Positions 1-13,506 of a stretch of 64,000 nucleotides of DNA are shown piece after piece. Positions within the stretch are counted from its first letter, which is position 1; each line of letters opens with the position of its first letter. A model generated the notes under the pieces. That model was not told the origin of the DNA. It saw only the letters and a program-made list of their open reading frames with translations, and did no database searches. Source of the DNA: Polymyxa betae A26-41 (taxonomy: Eukaryota; Protista; Endomyxa: Phytomyxea); contig RBZT01000594.1 in NCBI GenBank assembly GCA_003693705.1, forward strand, positions 16,968 to 80,967, written 5' to 3'. Both the position numbers and the translations under genes were made by a program.

Positions 1-147
1 CACATGTCATGTACAGAGACAGCGAAGATCTAAGTGAGAGACTGTTAAGAGATAGACATCAGATAGATAGCGCGCGCTTTTTCAAATTCTCTTTCGTTTT
101 TGCACATTTCTGAAACTTTCGGTTGGCTGATCTATAGCTGGCCGGCG

Positions 148-3100
148 ATGTTCTCCCCGATACACACCGGGTCTCGTTTAGTTCGTCGTCGTCAATCTGC
201 TTCGTACCAAATCCGGAATCTAGGATCTGCATGCCGCTGACATGTCCTTAGGGATGATGAGAACGATGACGAACCATCGCACCAGCCATCGTCGTTAATA
301 CGTCGTTTAATGTTTACAACACAAAGTTGTATGACTCCAGGACGGGCATTGAAAAGGCCAAATTCACGTTCTGAATCGGTTAAGGTAACCAGCTGAGGGC
401 TACACGCCTAATGAGTAATACGATCGGCAGGTTTATTTAAGGATTCGACCGAACGATAATCAGAATATAGACGTGAAAGATAACGAGTCTTTGTGTATGA
501 GACATCCTCAAACGGGAACTGTTAACACATACAGATTCAGTCGTGTTTTCGACGCAAATACGTCGCAATCGACATTATTCCTTGAGACCACAGCACCTCT
601 TGTTGATTCTTTATTCCAAGGTTATAACGCCTTGATATTCGCATATGGAATCACGAATTCGGGCAAGACATATTCCAGTATGAAGCAAGTCATATATGAG
701 ATCCTTGCACCATTGATGTTCTGATAGTTCTGGGCAATCAATCAGATCCTGGCATCCTTCCTCGAACTACAAAATACTTATTCAATTCGATCGCAAAGTC
801 GAGTATGGATCAGATTTCAATTAAGGGGATTTCTGATGGCTCAATTCTATCCATAGATCAAGCTATTGATGTATATGCCAGCTATTTAGAGGTCCATAAT
901 GATATCTTGATCGACTTACTGCCAGGAGAGGAGAAATCGAAACCATTGTCTCTAATCGCCAACAAAACAGGGCATGTCTTTGTCAAGTAATGTTGTATTG
1001 TTTATCTAACAGTCAGCCTGACAATTTATTGTCAGAGGACTTCGAGAGGTGAAGATTGAAAGCGAAGCAGATGCCGAGCTAGTCATTAATGAAGGGACTC
1101 GTCATCGGAAATGTGCCCAGACTGCTTTAAACACGTCCAGCAGTCGTTCGCATGCTGTAATTACCGTTGATTTCCCAACTTACTTCAACTTAATTCTTTA
1201 AAGCTATTCTCGCTGAAGCTGGTCCGAGCTGGAACCAACAAAGATACTGATGGCATCATCAGCAAGCTCTGCATCGTCGATTTAGCAGGAGCTGTAGAGA
1301 TACCGATTTTGATTTTCTTTCGTGATTTAAAGCAATGAAAAATAGGAACGAACGTCGCGTGCGAAGAACGTTGATGAACAGCGATGCCGAGAGACAAATA
1401 ATATCAACAAGTCTTTGATGCAGTTGGGACGATGTTTAGAAGTGGTACGTTGGAATCAGCAACATTCTGATTGTAAGGTGAGTAATGAGAGTCATGACGC
1501 AAAATTCGTTAATGAGAGAGTGACTGCTGTTATCAGGCGCGCCCTGTTCCAGTAAGCAGATCGTGTCTAAGTTCAATGACACGTTTAACATAAACTTAGT
1601 GGAGGGACTCCAAAATCTCCCGCCTGTTCAAAGATTATTTAGTCGGTGGCTGGGGTCGAGCTGTTATGGTTGCAACTGTCAATCCCGATCCAGTCGACCA
1701 TGACGAAACCTGTCATGCGCTGAAGTTCGCTGCTTTGGCAAGTGAAGTTGAGAGCATCTCGAAAGTGCCATAGCCAATATGCAGTCATCTAATTATATCT
1801 GAGACTTTTATGACAGGTTGATCATGGTCAGGCTCAGACGCAGAGTGACGAAGGTCGAGAGAGTTCCGAAGATTGTCCAGATCGAGAAGAGGAGCTACTT
1901 GAGGAGATCTACCATCTCAAATTGCAACTTCTCGATTGCGAACGACGGTGAGCTGTCACATTTAAACTTTAAATCATTTTTGATTGAGACTGTGGCAGTC
2001 GCTGTGCAATTGAGGCTGAAACTCGAAATGCTGTATGCAACGAGCTGCAACTGCAGGCTCAAAGAAGAGAAGCAGAATTTCGAGCTCAGCTGGAAGAGAC
2101 AGAAGAATGTGCTCGCGCTCGTGCTGAGAAGCGCTTTGAGATGTGGAAAAGACGAATGATCACCGAATCCGGTTCTGCTATTGATATTGAAGGGGCCATC
2201 CAAGTTGCTAAGCAGAAGGTAATTTTGTTAAGGGGGATGGATGTTGTAGTATCTAACACATTTCAGGCCGAGGAAGATGCTGAAAGAAAATTTTCAAAGC
2301 TTCACAATGAATATATGGCTAATCAAGCGAACCTTAATGAAATTCAGCGTCGTTACGAGGAGCTTCAGAATCAATTCATCGTGATTCGCAATGAACGCGA
2401 TGCAGCCGTGCAGTTTCGAGTCACTCATGAAAATGTGATAAACAATGCTCAATCGCATGTCGAAGAGCTCATGGACAAACTCGACGTGGCCCTTAAAGAC
2501 ATCGCTGAACGGAATGTATCTAGTCTGAGACATGCGCATCTAGAGCTCTGACATCTCCTAACCAGGCTGCTTTCGAAGAGCAAAAACGTATTATTGCATC
2601 TTCTAAGCAGACTATCAACAGTCTTAAACAACAGAAGGCAGAGCTTGAGTCCTCGTGTCAAGAGGCTGAGCGAAAAGCCGCCGATGCAGAGAAAAAGGAA
2701 GCCAGTTTGAAGAAACGTTCTGAAGTCAACCTAAACAAGGTCGTCGCCACCGAGCATGCTTTTATCACGTTTTCATTATCCATTTAGGCCACCGCTTTAC
2801 AGAAGAAGATCACATCCTTGACATTGACTGTCGAAAAACTTGAGCAAGAGGTAAGCCTTGATTTGTACCCATTTCATCTGACATGACCTTTATTATAGCT
2901 TTCTGAAAAAACAGCTTCTACGAGCGATTTTATGGAATCTAAAGATGAATTGGAGTCGATGACCTCTGAGCTGAAGTCTCAGCTTGACAAGGCTCGTTCA
3001 ACAGAATCTGGATTGCTTGACGATATCAAGAGACTACAAGATGAGATCCAGGTGAGGCCGACAAACAGAATGCAACCTCATCAGGAATACTGACAATATG

Positions 3101-6100
3101 CAGATGCGCTCACATAAACAAGCTGAACTGGAAAAGACTGTCTCGAATCTGGCCAGCCTCTCAGCGAGTCAAGGTACGCCTACCTGACTTCTGCAATCGT
3201 GCATTTCCGAGTCCAGTTCCTATAGGCGAAATGACGGCTCGTCTTGGCAAAGAAAATGATGTATTAAGACAGAAATTCACTGAGTTTGAATATGAATCAC
3301 AGAAAGGAGCTGACTGCCTGAGAGCCGCTCTGCGAAAGTTGCAGGTACGACTTACCTGTTTACTAGCCTTAATCAACTCACGATCATTCAGGAATCTCAC
3401 TGTGATTGCGAGTTAAAGCTATCTGTAATAATTCGTTTTAGCTGGTTCACGAGTTTGACTTCGTTCAGGTCATCAACAAAGAGAAAGACGATTTATTCAT
3501 TCAGCTCACAGAATTACAGGTTCTATTTTGTTGATTTCATTATCTGTCAAAAAGTCTAATGTCTTTTTAGGAAGAAAAGCATGGCATTAATCTTCATAAT
3601 ACGAAACTGTTCGAAGATATGACTCTCCAACGTCAGAAGCTTGAACAGGATGTTGCTTCTCTATTGGTGAAATTGATATTGGCGATACATGTCTGTCTGC
3701 TTATGATCTGGTAGGGAGTCAAAAGAGAAAATTCTGAATTGATGCAAAAGATTGAGCAACTTGAAGTATCACAATGCGTTATAACACATTTCGTAATATC
3801 AACGATGCTGTTTTTAGAACGATTTGAAGGTTGATCAGGAGCAGCTCAGTCGACTAGCAGAACTTGAGTCCTCTTGTGCGGAACTCGAATCTTCTTGTGC
3901 AGAACTCCAGGTTTATACTGTCGAAGCTTTCAAGTGCTTATCCTAACAGTATATTTGCAGAACCTTCAAGAGGAAAACCGTTCATTGAAAGATGAAGTGG
4001 CCAGGTTGCAAAAATTGAAGACACGGGAGTTGAAAGAACTGCAAAAAAAGATTAATCAACTTGAATCCGCTGCAAAGAAACAAGAAGTAAACTCTTTGCT
4101 GTTGTCAATTTAAGTTTGAAAATATTTCAGGGAAAAATCGAAAAGGAGAAGCTGTCGCTACAGCGGTCGCTCAGTGCTCTTGATTCCGATAATACGAAGG
4201 TTTAGCCGATTTCTTACTGTTTAATTCAACCGGTGACTGTTGTCGAAGGCGGAGGCAGAAATTTCCAAGTTGAAATCTGAATTAGAAGACGCTTTACTAA
4301 AGGTTAAGGTTGGTGATTAATGGTTATGTTATGATACGATTACGATCTATGCACAGAGTTTAGAATCAGAGCGACACAATCTGCACAGTCGCATTAATGC
4401 TCTGAAAGTCGATGCGGATGTATGACTCTCACTGTCAAAACGACGGACCTCTAACCTGCTATGATACAGGAGAACGAGAAACTTGTTAAACGCCTGGATC
4501 AGACAATCTCAACTTTGCAAGCTGAACTGGAACACTCTAAAAAGGTATTTCGCGCAAAACCGCGTTTATTGAATCTTTTGGGCTAAGTGAACTTCTCAGG
4601 AGATTGCCACGAAGTGCCAGGTGCGTCTGAGCTATGTGATTCCGATTCATGTTGAGTTCATACCCGTAGGATATGGATATGTCTAAGTCTGTGATGCAGT
4701 CTGAATTTAACGAGCTCTTTTCGGAGCTGAAATCCCACAAGGTAACCTAACGCTGCTCCAGTCTAAGCCAAATCATCAAGCAATTCACTTTAGGATAAAG
4801 AAGAAACCTTATCGGCGCAACTTGCTGCTATTTCTGAAGATGAGGATGTATGCTGGTACTGCAACTACTGCTTACGAATCACTCACGCTCGCTCTTGCAG
4901 AAACTAGAGGCCGACGCTGTTGCCATCAATGCCCGAAATAAGGTTCATTAGTCTCCTTCAATCTCATCAGTTTTTCTAAGTGACGTTAGGAGCTTCAGCA
5001 AAAAGTAGAAGATCTTCATACAAAACTGGAAGTATCGCAAAGCGATGTGGCGGAGAAGGAGGTCTAAATGTGGTTTTGAACGATAATTCCTGCCTCATTG
5101 TTTCGCAGAACCTTGCGAAAGAAGTTAAGCTTCTGCAAAAGAAGGTAGCATCGCTTGAATCTCAACTCAACAAGAAGCCGGTAAGGCACTCTTTTTCTTA
5201 AACCCTTCTCTCTCAGTTCTATCAAACAGCGAGTCACAAAAGAGAAGGCAGCATTGCAAGATCGCATTTCACAGCTAGAGATTGAGGCAGCCAAATACGC
5301 TGTATGGCATGTTTGCCTCTTCAAATTGGATTTGATGAATGTGCGCAGGATGCTCAGGAAGAAATTCAGCAACTTCAGCAACAAATATCAGAGCTTAAAT
5401 CTAAAGAGGAGGCACTCAGCCAGCTCACCAAGGACAACGAGACTTTACTGCAACGAATTCAAGAATTCGAAACTGCTGCGGAGAGACGTCAGGTATCTGG
5501 CCGTCCATCGAAGAACTGCAGCTGCTGACTTTTTGGTTGAAGCGAATCGAACTTGAGAAACAAGCGCTTCAAAAACGAATCGCTGAGCTGGAATCCACTG
5601 AAATTGATGTGGGGGTTTTGTATTGTTGATTCAATTCGTTCTTATTTTTTTTTTCAGAATCTATCAATGAACCCTGTGGATACAGCAGCAATAGGCGGTC
5701 CTGTACCTGCTGATGATATGAGTCTATCAGCACCGCCATCCTCTTGCAAGAAGCCCGTCTTTGCTGATAAATCCAACCGACCTCGAGAAATTGTCAAGGC
5801 AACTAAAGTAATTTCGCATTTTTGGGTGTTGTTCTGTTACTCTGACACAATTGCAGATAATCTCAGCGGCAGACCAGGAGAATGCGGCTCCAAGAACGTT
5901 CGGAAAGAGGAGCCGGGCGGTTCTAGAAGCAAACCTGAAGTGGTCCAGTATATTAACCAGTGATCCATTTGATGTAGGCTTGACATCGAAGTAGTAAGTT
6001 ATCAAATAGTAAATGATATATGTAGGATATCGCCAAGAAAGACCCAGAGCCGGAACTGAAACGGAAATCGACAAGGAAGCCAGCTAAAGAGAAGACTAGC

Positions 6101-6142
6101 CCAGTAGCGGCGACTCGACGAAGTACAAGAAGTGGGCGATAA
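148..6142 (+). CDS. Kinesin-6-like (KIF20/KIF23-type) N-terminal motor with a very long coiled-coil tail; many ~50-nt introns
   Basis: Spliced exons give VYLRIRP, P-loop YGITNSGKT, switch I SSRSHA, switch II DLAGAER and VPWRDSK. Heptad-rich exons follow, ending in a basic tail ...RRSTRSGR* (TAA 6140-6142). The G(I/V)TNSGKT P-loop is typical of kinesin-6. Confidence 0.85.
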
Positions 6143-6217
6143 TATTGTGTGTATATAATAATATAGACTATATCTAGATAATAGCTACAGTATTTGCTGA
6201 AATAAAGATAATGCTAA

Positions 6218-7308
6218 TTAGAGTTGAAATGGGTCCTGATCTTGAACCTGAGGACAAATTGTGAATTCAATCCAATTCTTAATATGATTATGTTCTGATC
6301 CACGTATAGAATGTTGCAGAAGAAGCATACCCTGGGAATTCATTCGAATATTGGTTTGTTCGGCCATGCACAAGGCCTTCATTGTAGGACGTATCAACTA
6401 CACATCCGCATCATCAGCGAATCGTTATGAAATGATCCAGAATCACTCTTACGTGAATGGAATATTGGAATGTTGCTTGTTTCTCACAAGACAATACTGG
6501 GAATATATCAGGTTCATTGGGCAATACGAACTATATGTAATCTCATTAGAATGCCACAAGATCAGTAATCTCATACTGACCTCACAACGAGCAAATACGC
6601 TGATGGATGTGAACTTCACATGTGGATATGTCGGTGACATTTGTATCTCGATAGATTGGGATCCCGGGACGTCCATCTCCAACAGCGCATCACGAAGATA
6701 ACACGACTAGACAGCGATAACTCAAGGCTTGATCGCGAGCGTAATACAAACAAATACTTTGACAATAGCCCGATTGATAATCGTACAGCTTCGGAAACTG
6801 AAATCGGTGACCGGGACAGGTTCCAATGTGTTGATCTTACATTCGGTGACGACGCCCTGATCCTCCAATCTAATAACAGTCTTAGCTGCGATCTCTACTA
6901 AGAGAAGTTGTGATACAGAAATACAAGCGGATGTCCATGTCCTGTATATGCCATCTCAATATTTACGGATTTATCAGTAAATATGGTCAAACATCGATGT
7001 ATGAGAGAGAGATTCACACGAATCTCACATGTCTCATTCACTTCATAATCATCGAGTAATTCCTTCTTCAGATACGCTCTCACCTTCATCCATATTAGCC
7101 AATCTCGTAATAATCCATTGAATCTCTGCACCTGAACAGATTTAACCCGATCGACAACGATACGAATGCCGGCCTGATTGAAGAGCAGGATCCCGATCGC
7201 ATCCTTCTTCTCGAACAGAAGCGCGGCGATGATCGACGCAAGAGCAGTCGAAGACGTCATCTTAAACGAGACGATCGCCACTTGGTCATCTTCCTGATCG
7301 GAACTCAT
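6218..7308 (-). CDS. RAD1: Rad1/Rec1/Rad17 subunit of the 9-1-1 checkpoint clamp (spliced)
   Basis: MSSDQEDD...GIRIVVD...RAYLKKELLDDY...VNLSLIHRCLTIF...MAYTGHGHPL. Last exon reads KALCMAEQTNIRMNSQGMLLLQH...WIEFTICP, a Rad1-family pattern. Confidence 0.8.
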
Positions 7309-7474
7309 TCCACAGCAATCACCATTCCATTTGGAAATAACGTTTTGTGTATAAGAAAAAACCAAGAATTCAATTTTGTACGCAACTTTTCGGATTTGCA
7401 GTTGTCTTGGACTTTTTTGCAAACATCTTTTTACTCAAATCTCAGCGCACTTTCTTCATTCAAAACGATTTTTT

Positions 7475-9790
7475 CTAATAGACGTCATCTGTCTGTATTT
7501 CAACATTGGCGAGCGATATCATCGTCTGAGTAGCGTCTGTGCTGGTCACAGCCCGATTCCTTTCCCGACCCAAATAGAGACCCAGGGCGAACTCGACAGG
7601 CCGTCCCCGGTGGACTTGGTCTTGGATTGTGGCGCGTAGGCGGCGCAGGGCGATGGCTCCCTGGACGGCTGCATTTGACCTGAGATGCAGCGATAATGTC
7701 TGTCGACCAATCTCTCCAACATTATGATCATGAGATAATCGCCTCCGGAACACATCATCCTGCATCTGCTTCGTCTTCCGTCCAGCCATTAATCGCTCTT
7801 CAATAGCAGCCTGGATCGCACGTCGTTCGCCAACCAACATGGCGGCGTACTGGTCCAGTTCATGACGCAGCTTCCGATGCACGAATTCGATTTGTCGAAT
7901 TGCCGCCGTTCTATTCACGAGCTCGTCGTGCTGCGCTTCACGCCTCTGTCGCATCGTCTCTGACGCGATCTCTTCATGATCACGCTGCAGCTGAACACGT
8001 TCCAGAGCGCGATGCCGCTGCACCTGATGCCCCAACACTTGCACGTCGTACTGGCTCTGGGCCTGCTGCAGGTCGGCGTGGGCTGCTGCCCGGTCTCGTT
8101 CGAGTTCGGCGATTTTCTCCTGTCCTTGTCGATGTACGATATGAACTTGTTGTTGAACTTCATCAATCTGTTCTTGTGCACGACTTAATTCAGCTCCAGC
8201 TCGTGTTAATCGTGATAACATCTCTGTCCTTTGACGTTGTCGTTCAACATCACGAGCTACAATCCCAGCCTGTAAGTCCTTCTCACGACGGATTACACCA
8301 CGACCTCGATCGATCTCATTATCAAGCTGCTGTCCTCTATCAATCCAATGCTGTATAGATTGAGTCTCCTGCTCTATCATAAACAGATATCGATCTCGTG
8401 ATGCCGCTGATTTCTGTTTCTGTGCGATCATTAACTCACGACGACTTCTATAATCTTCAATCAGCATAAGCTGCTGCTCCGTCTGTGTACGCCATCGTCC
8501 CATTTTTGTTACAAGCTCGGTCGTACTGCCCTCCAGATCATGTTTGGCTTCGTCCAGGTTCGTCTCTAATCTCTGCAGCTCCATCGTCTCCATCGGTATT
8601 GTTACATCACGCATATCACACAATTCCTTCTGAATTCGATCCAGATCGGCCCGCTCGGTGTCGTACTGGTCCTGGACCCGGTTCAGGTCACGACGCACCC
8701 GTCGCCGCTTACGTCTGCAATCGCGCAGTCGTTGCCGTAGATCGTGATCGTCTCGCTGCGCTCTCTGGACCACCTCCTGCAGCTGTCTCGGAACATCTCG
8801 CCTCTCCTCGATCAGAGCGCAGGTCCTGGTCTGACCCTCAATTAGATCCCGAATCCGGTCCGTGTACTGGCTCAGATCAGCGCCGTACTGGTCCAGGACG
8901 ACCTCGGCCTGAACAATGGCGCGCATCCATCGATCATCTTCTGATTTCAATTGTCGTCCGGCGGTCGTGGCGACAGCCAGGGTTGCGGATGTGCCCTGCA
9001 GACGTCGGGCGGCACGTTGTGCGGCCCAATGCCCGGCCTGGATCGCGGCTCCGAGCCGGACCGTGCTGGCCCGCAGCGGCCCGATCTGCGACTGGAACTG
9101 GGCCAGAGCACGTTGTGCGTTGCCGATCATGGTCTTGGCGATTGTATCGTGCGCGACGAGATTGTTGAGATCGGCTGTTAACGCCCGGACTCTCAGCGAC
9201 ATCTGCTCAACATCTGTCTGATTCTGTGAGGTCGATTGCTGCAACTGTATCTCGGCGATCTCAGCGCGCATGGCCGCAATGCGATCGTGCTCGTCCGCGA
9301 TCTGGTGCCGGAGCGATTCGTGAAGTCGGGCGGCGTCGGCAGCGCGGCATTGGTATAGGACGAGATCGGCAGCGAGTTCCTCAATCTCTGATTGAAGTCG
9401 TTGCGCTACGCTATGTTCGGATTTGTAGCGGATCTGAGCGTGATGGCGCCGTTCCATTAGCTGACGACATTGTTGGTTAACATGTTGAGCTCGACGATGT
9501 AGATCGGTGGCGATAGCTTGTAGATGATGCTGACGTGCCTGAATATCAGATTGCGATTTCTGGAATGATTGTAGAAGTTGACGACGATTGTGATGAGATT
9601 GTTGAATAATGTGATTAATTCGTAATGATGATGTAGAACCTATCTGACATTGTTCTAATAAATACAGATATAATCTCCATATTAAATTAATAACATCATA
9701 TGATATGTGTCCATACTCACATTTTATATCACTAATTACTGAATATATTCCACTGCAATATACCAACAACAACGTCTTTCTGCTTTCCAT
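7475..9790 (-). CDS. Intronless 771-aa coiled-coil protein of unknown function
   Basis: Long uninterrupted ORF rich in Q/R/E/L heptads; no recognisable catalytic motif. Confidence 0.7.
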   Translation of the reverse strand: MESRKTLLLVYCSGIYSVISDIKCEYGHISYDVINLIWRLYLYLLEQCQIGSTSSLRINHIIQQSHHNRRQLLQSFQKSQSDIQARQHHLQAIATDLHRRAQHVNQQCRQLMERRHHAQIRYKSEHSVAQRLQSEIEELAADLVLYQCRAADAARLHESLRHQIADEHDRIAAMRAEIAEIQLQQSTSQNQTDVEQMSLRVRALTADLNNLVAHDTIAKTMIGNAQRALAQFQSQIGPLRASTVRLGAAIQAGHWAAQRAARRLQGTSATLAVATTAGRQLKSEDDRWMRAIVQAEVVLDQYGADLSQYTDRIRDLIEGQTRTCALIEERRDVPRQLQEVVQRAQRDDHDLRQRLRDCRRKRRRVRRDLNRVQDQYDTERADLDRIQKELCDMRDVTIPMETMELQRLETNLDEAKHDLEGSTTELVTKMGRWRTQTEQQLMLIEDYRSRRELMIAQKQKSAASRDRYLFMIEQETQSIQHWIDRGQQLDNEIDRGRGVIRREKDLQAGIVARDVERQRQRTEMLSRLTRAGAELSRAQEQIDEVQQQVHIVHRQGQEKIAELERDRAAAHADLQQAQSQYDVQVLGHQVQRHRALERVQLQRDHEEIASETMRQRREAQHDELVNRTAAIRQIEFVHRKLRHELDQYAAMLVGERRAIQAAIEERLMAGRKTKQMQDDVFRRRLSHDHNVGEIGRQTLSLHLRSNAAVQGAIALRRLRATIQDQVHRGRPVEFALGLYLGRERNRAVTSTDATQTMISLANVEIQTDDVY

Positions 9791-10060
9791 TATTGTCCAT
9801 CAATATGTTGCTATGAGTACACAGAACCCGATCTAATCCATAACAGATCCTAATACCTGTACAATAGGTTTTATTTACGAGGAATTGTTAGGAACCCTTC
9901 AACCAACTAACAACAAAGAAAGCGAATCCGTCTTTAACTCTGGATTGTTGGTCGTCCTGCGTCAATAGGCTAATTGGCATTACGCTGTTCTTCATGAAAT
10001 TGATCAAATGGTTGCTGTGATTGCATTTCACTCATTTCAAAGTAACCTCTTACTGGAAAG

Positions 10061-11197
10061 TTATATTTTAGGAGAGGTTTTGGCCCTGCACATCTGGACC
10101 AAGTCTTTGATTTTGTTCAACCAATAGTTGGACCACATCACATTTCTGTTGTAATTCTGGGATGGTCGTACTGTTCTCAGCCAATCTTCCGTGATCAGAT
10201 CGAAACTATCCACGACAACAGCTGGAGCATCTGCGAATATCGCATCCAGACCTGATTTCTGAACAATTGGAACAGCTCCGAGTAATATCGCTTCCCAATG
10301 TCGGTGGCAATCGAGCCCGTTTCCGGGAGGAGATAATACAAATTTCGAGTTGGCCAAACTCTGCAGAAATTGATCATGATCACCATCTTCCACCAACGTA
10401 TCATTCGTAAAGCCACGAAACTTCTCCTTTAATTCTCTTCTGGCCGGATTCGTTCTATCGGTCCAGCTAATAAACAGGAGATTGGATCGTTGATCCCATT
10501 GAGGTAGATCTGCTCCTGCAGCACGTCTCCATACATGAAGATCACCATGAGGCCATTGACTATTTGCAATACCAATTGGAATCGCATGCATCTTGTCACT
10601 ATCTGTCCAATCTGGATTCTGACCGAACCAAGCGAAGATCCGTTCATCATTTAAATAATGACGATATGGGCCAGGAGATGGATGATCGCCATTATGTGTA
10701 ATCAGAATAAACGATGATCTTATGGCTGGGAACACGCTATCAAAGAATTCACCAAGACGATCATTCTTAACGAATACGATCTTGCATGGGTCAATGTCGT
10801 CTGGATGCCATCGATTCTTATATTCATTCTCGTCGTAGATGAAATCTGAAATAAACCGGAACATATCTCCAGATACGAATGGATATGGAAAATGTCGTTC
10901 AGACTCGTTTGGATGTCTGGGAGGGATCTCGGGGGCAGCTGAATCTTGATTATCGAATTCTTGTGCGAATTTGAAAACATTCGAGCCGGATAAAGAAGTG
11001 AGTTTGTCACTAAAAGTGATAGGCCATGATGGCGATGGTTGTAGTATCACTTCAATTGTTGATGACGATAATAGAGATTCTGGTACATATAAAAATATTA
11101 GAAAGAAGGCAGTAATGGCAGTCAATGATATGATTGTCGCATACGATATCAGTTGAAAGTTGATTACCATTGGCTCTTGATTTTGAGACAATGGCAA
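10061..11197 (-). CDS. Exostosin-like (GT47-type) glycosyltransferase, type II membrane protein, intronless
   Basis: N-terminal TM helix (IISLTAITAFFLIFLYV); ILITHNGD; C-terminal SKFVLSPPGNGLDCHRHWEAILLGAVPIV signature. Confidence 0.75.
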   Translation of the reverse strand: MPLSQNQEPMVINFQLISYATIISLTAITAFFLIFLYVPESLLSSSTIEVILQPSPSWPITFSDKLTSLSGSNVFKFAQEFDNQDSAAPEIPPRHPNESERHFPYPFVSGDMFRFISDFIYDENEYKNRWHPDDIDPCKIVFVKNDRLGEFFDSVFPAIRSSFILITHNGDHPSPGPYRHYLNDERIFAWFGQNPDWTDSDKMHAIPIGIANSQWPHGDLHVWRRAAGADLPQWDQRSNLLFISWTDRTNPARRELKEKFRGFTNDTLVEDGDHDQFLQSLANSKFVLSPPGNGLDCHRHWEAILLGAVPIVQKSGLDAIFADAPAVVVDSFDLITEDWLRTVRPSQNYNRNVMWSNYWLNKIKDLVQMCRAKTSPKI

Positions 11198-11461
11198 GAC
11201 AATGCCATACAGAGTTCGATTAAGTTCTATTCAAAGTACCCTCTTCGTTCAATATCACGCAGCGACTTCGCACATTTTTCTGAGTGACAGTGCAAACCAA
11301 GGCTGCTCCACGCATAAGGTTAACTGTCTTCTGCTTGAGAGCGACCGATTTTCATCCGATTGATCACTTTCATTAATGAACTTAGGATTGTTTGTGTTTT
11401 CTGAATTGCTTTTGCTTATTTAAACTATTCTAACATAATACAAAATAATACAATATGTTTA

Positions 11462-13287
11462 CTAAGGTTTCCATAATCCAGCAAATGGATCTGGTGATGT
11501 TGATGATTTCTGGAATTGATTAACATTTGTCGTGGACGGGTTCTGGATTGGATTTGGATTTTGTGCTTGCTGAGCATTACCCATTGGCATCATCGGTTGC
11601 TGACCGTACGGCTGTTGCATGAAGGGGTTACCAGAAGGTGGATATCTGTTTGTAGGTTGTGCATATCCCATGCCCATTGGACCATTATAGGGCATTTGTT
11701 GTTGATAGGCACCAGCTGGCATCGGTTGGCTGTATTGACCGAAAGGATTCGGATGTGCATAACCAAACGGTTGCTGCTGTTGTGCAAACTGTTGCTGTTG
11801 GGCAAACTGTTGCTGTTGAGCAAACGGTTGCTGTGGAACAGTTTGAGAAGGCAGAGGGTGAATCGCGAAATTATTGTTCACAGCAGGAATCCGGTTGGCA
11901 GCTGCAATTTCTGCCAATGTCTTTCCTGGGGCAGCTCCAGTTACTACTTGTTGTTTCTTCGGCGGACCATGAGCGTTCAGATCCGATAAATCAACCAGTT
12001 TCTTATCCACATTCCAGAATCTGATAACATTACAAGTAAGCATTTTGAAAATTAGGGCAAGCGCCATATTACACACCCCTTGTCATTATCATCATCGGAG
12101 CCAATTTCAAGAGCATCATCAAAAGCGAATCCGTCCTGATCAGGACTTCCTTTCGGAGTAGCAGGATCAATAGGTGTTCCATGGAACACTTGGTCTCCCT
12201 AGATTCAAATGTTAACAACGGCCTCATCTCATTTCGTTTGCAGACAGATTCAAACGATAACGCTGGAAAAGGTTGCTGAAAATCATTTGCGTTGGCGAAG
12301 TTCATGTTAGACATCCAATCGGTAGAAGCAGCACTCTGATTCGTAACCAGGTCGATCTCAGTATTTTTCTTTGTAGTGGTCTATCATGAAGTTAAAAAGA
12401 ATACAGAATAAAAATCAGGAAGCTGGCTTACAATTTGAGCGAGTCCTTTTGAAATATGTTCAACATCATCATCGTCTGAAAGAGACGATTCGAAAGAATT
12501 CGGTTTGTCTTTAGCATCTTTCTTTTTCTTGGACTTTTTCTTCTTTTTTAATTCATGATTTGATGGCACCTCCGAGCTATACTTCTTCGTGGATTTCGAA
12601 CGAATCGGCGGCGTTTCACCTATTGGCACGTTCAGTTCGCAGTGCATTATGTAATGAAATAAACCCACCAAAGCCGGTCGGTGAATCCAGAGACGAGTTA
12701 TTAAACGACATAGACGGCTCCTTCAATCGAAGTGGTTTCTGTTGAGGACTGTCTAACTGTGAGCTCTCACTATATTCATCATTGAGCTTAAGCTGATTGC
12801 CATAGCTGCGTTCATAGCGGTCTGCTTTGGTGTTGGCGACGCCGGAATCGCGATCTTTTCTCATTTTTTCAAGTGCGTCTTCATTAACTAATAGCTCCAA
12901 GACAGTTCGGGCTTGATTCCGAACTTCACCACCGACATCTTCATGGTTCCGGTAGAATTTGTATCCGGTTAAACGTTTCACGACGTTCTTCTTGGTACGC
13001 ATATCACGAACGAATCGGTCATCGCCGTGAATCAATAAATATTCGGATAACAGCAGCGATTTCAAGATATGCGATGGCTGATGCAGATCGGTAATGCGCT
13101 TCCAAAGGATGGAGAACATCGAGTTATAGGAGCTTCGATCTCGCGTGTCATGAGCGATCCGAGCCAGCAATCGTTCATCGGCGCCGACAGGGTCGTTGCT
13201 GGTGGCGTCACGGACACGCAGCTGAACGTCGTCGTAATCCATAGCTACCTCCTTGACATTTCGGACGATTTTCTTGACGGTGTCCAT
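11462..13287 (-). CDS. ENTH-domain epsin/epsinR-like clathrin adaptor (spliced)
   Basis: N-terminal ENTH (VRDATSNDP...ILKSLLLSEYLLIHG...VRNQA). Low-complexity tail with LVDL clathrin-box-like, NPF and DPF motifs. Confidence 0.85.
11765..11836 (-). repeat. Coding 18-nt tandem repeat (QQQQFA) x~3 in the ENTH protein tail
   Basis: Unit gcaaactgttgctgttgN repeats on the + strand; translation QQPFAQQQQFAQQQQFAQQQQPF. Confidence 0.8.
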
Positions 13288-13506
13288 ACTGCTTCGACGA
13301 CGTCGAAGACGCTGAGAAGGTAATAGAGTTGTGATGAAGACGAAAGAGAGACCTTCCTCTGGTGATCAGGCTGCGCTTCATGCACTGTTTCACATTTCCA
13401 CTCTAATCAATATCGTTACACACTGTACAGTCATGACAACCCCTATACGTAGGAGGACTCTTCATTCGTCTTTAGCTTCTATCTACTTTGTTAGCTTCTA
13501 AGGCGT

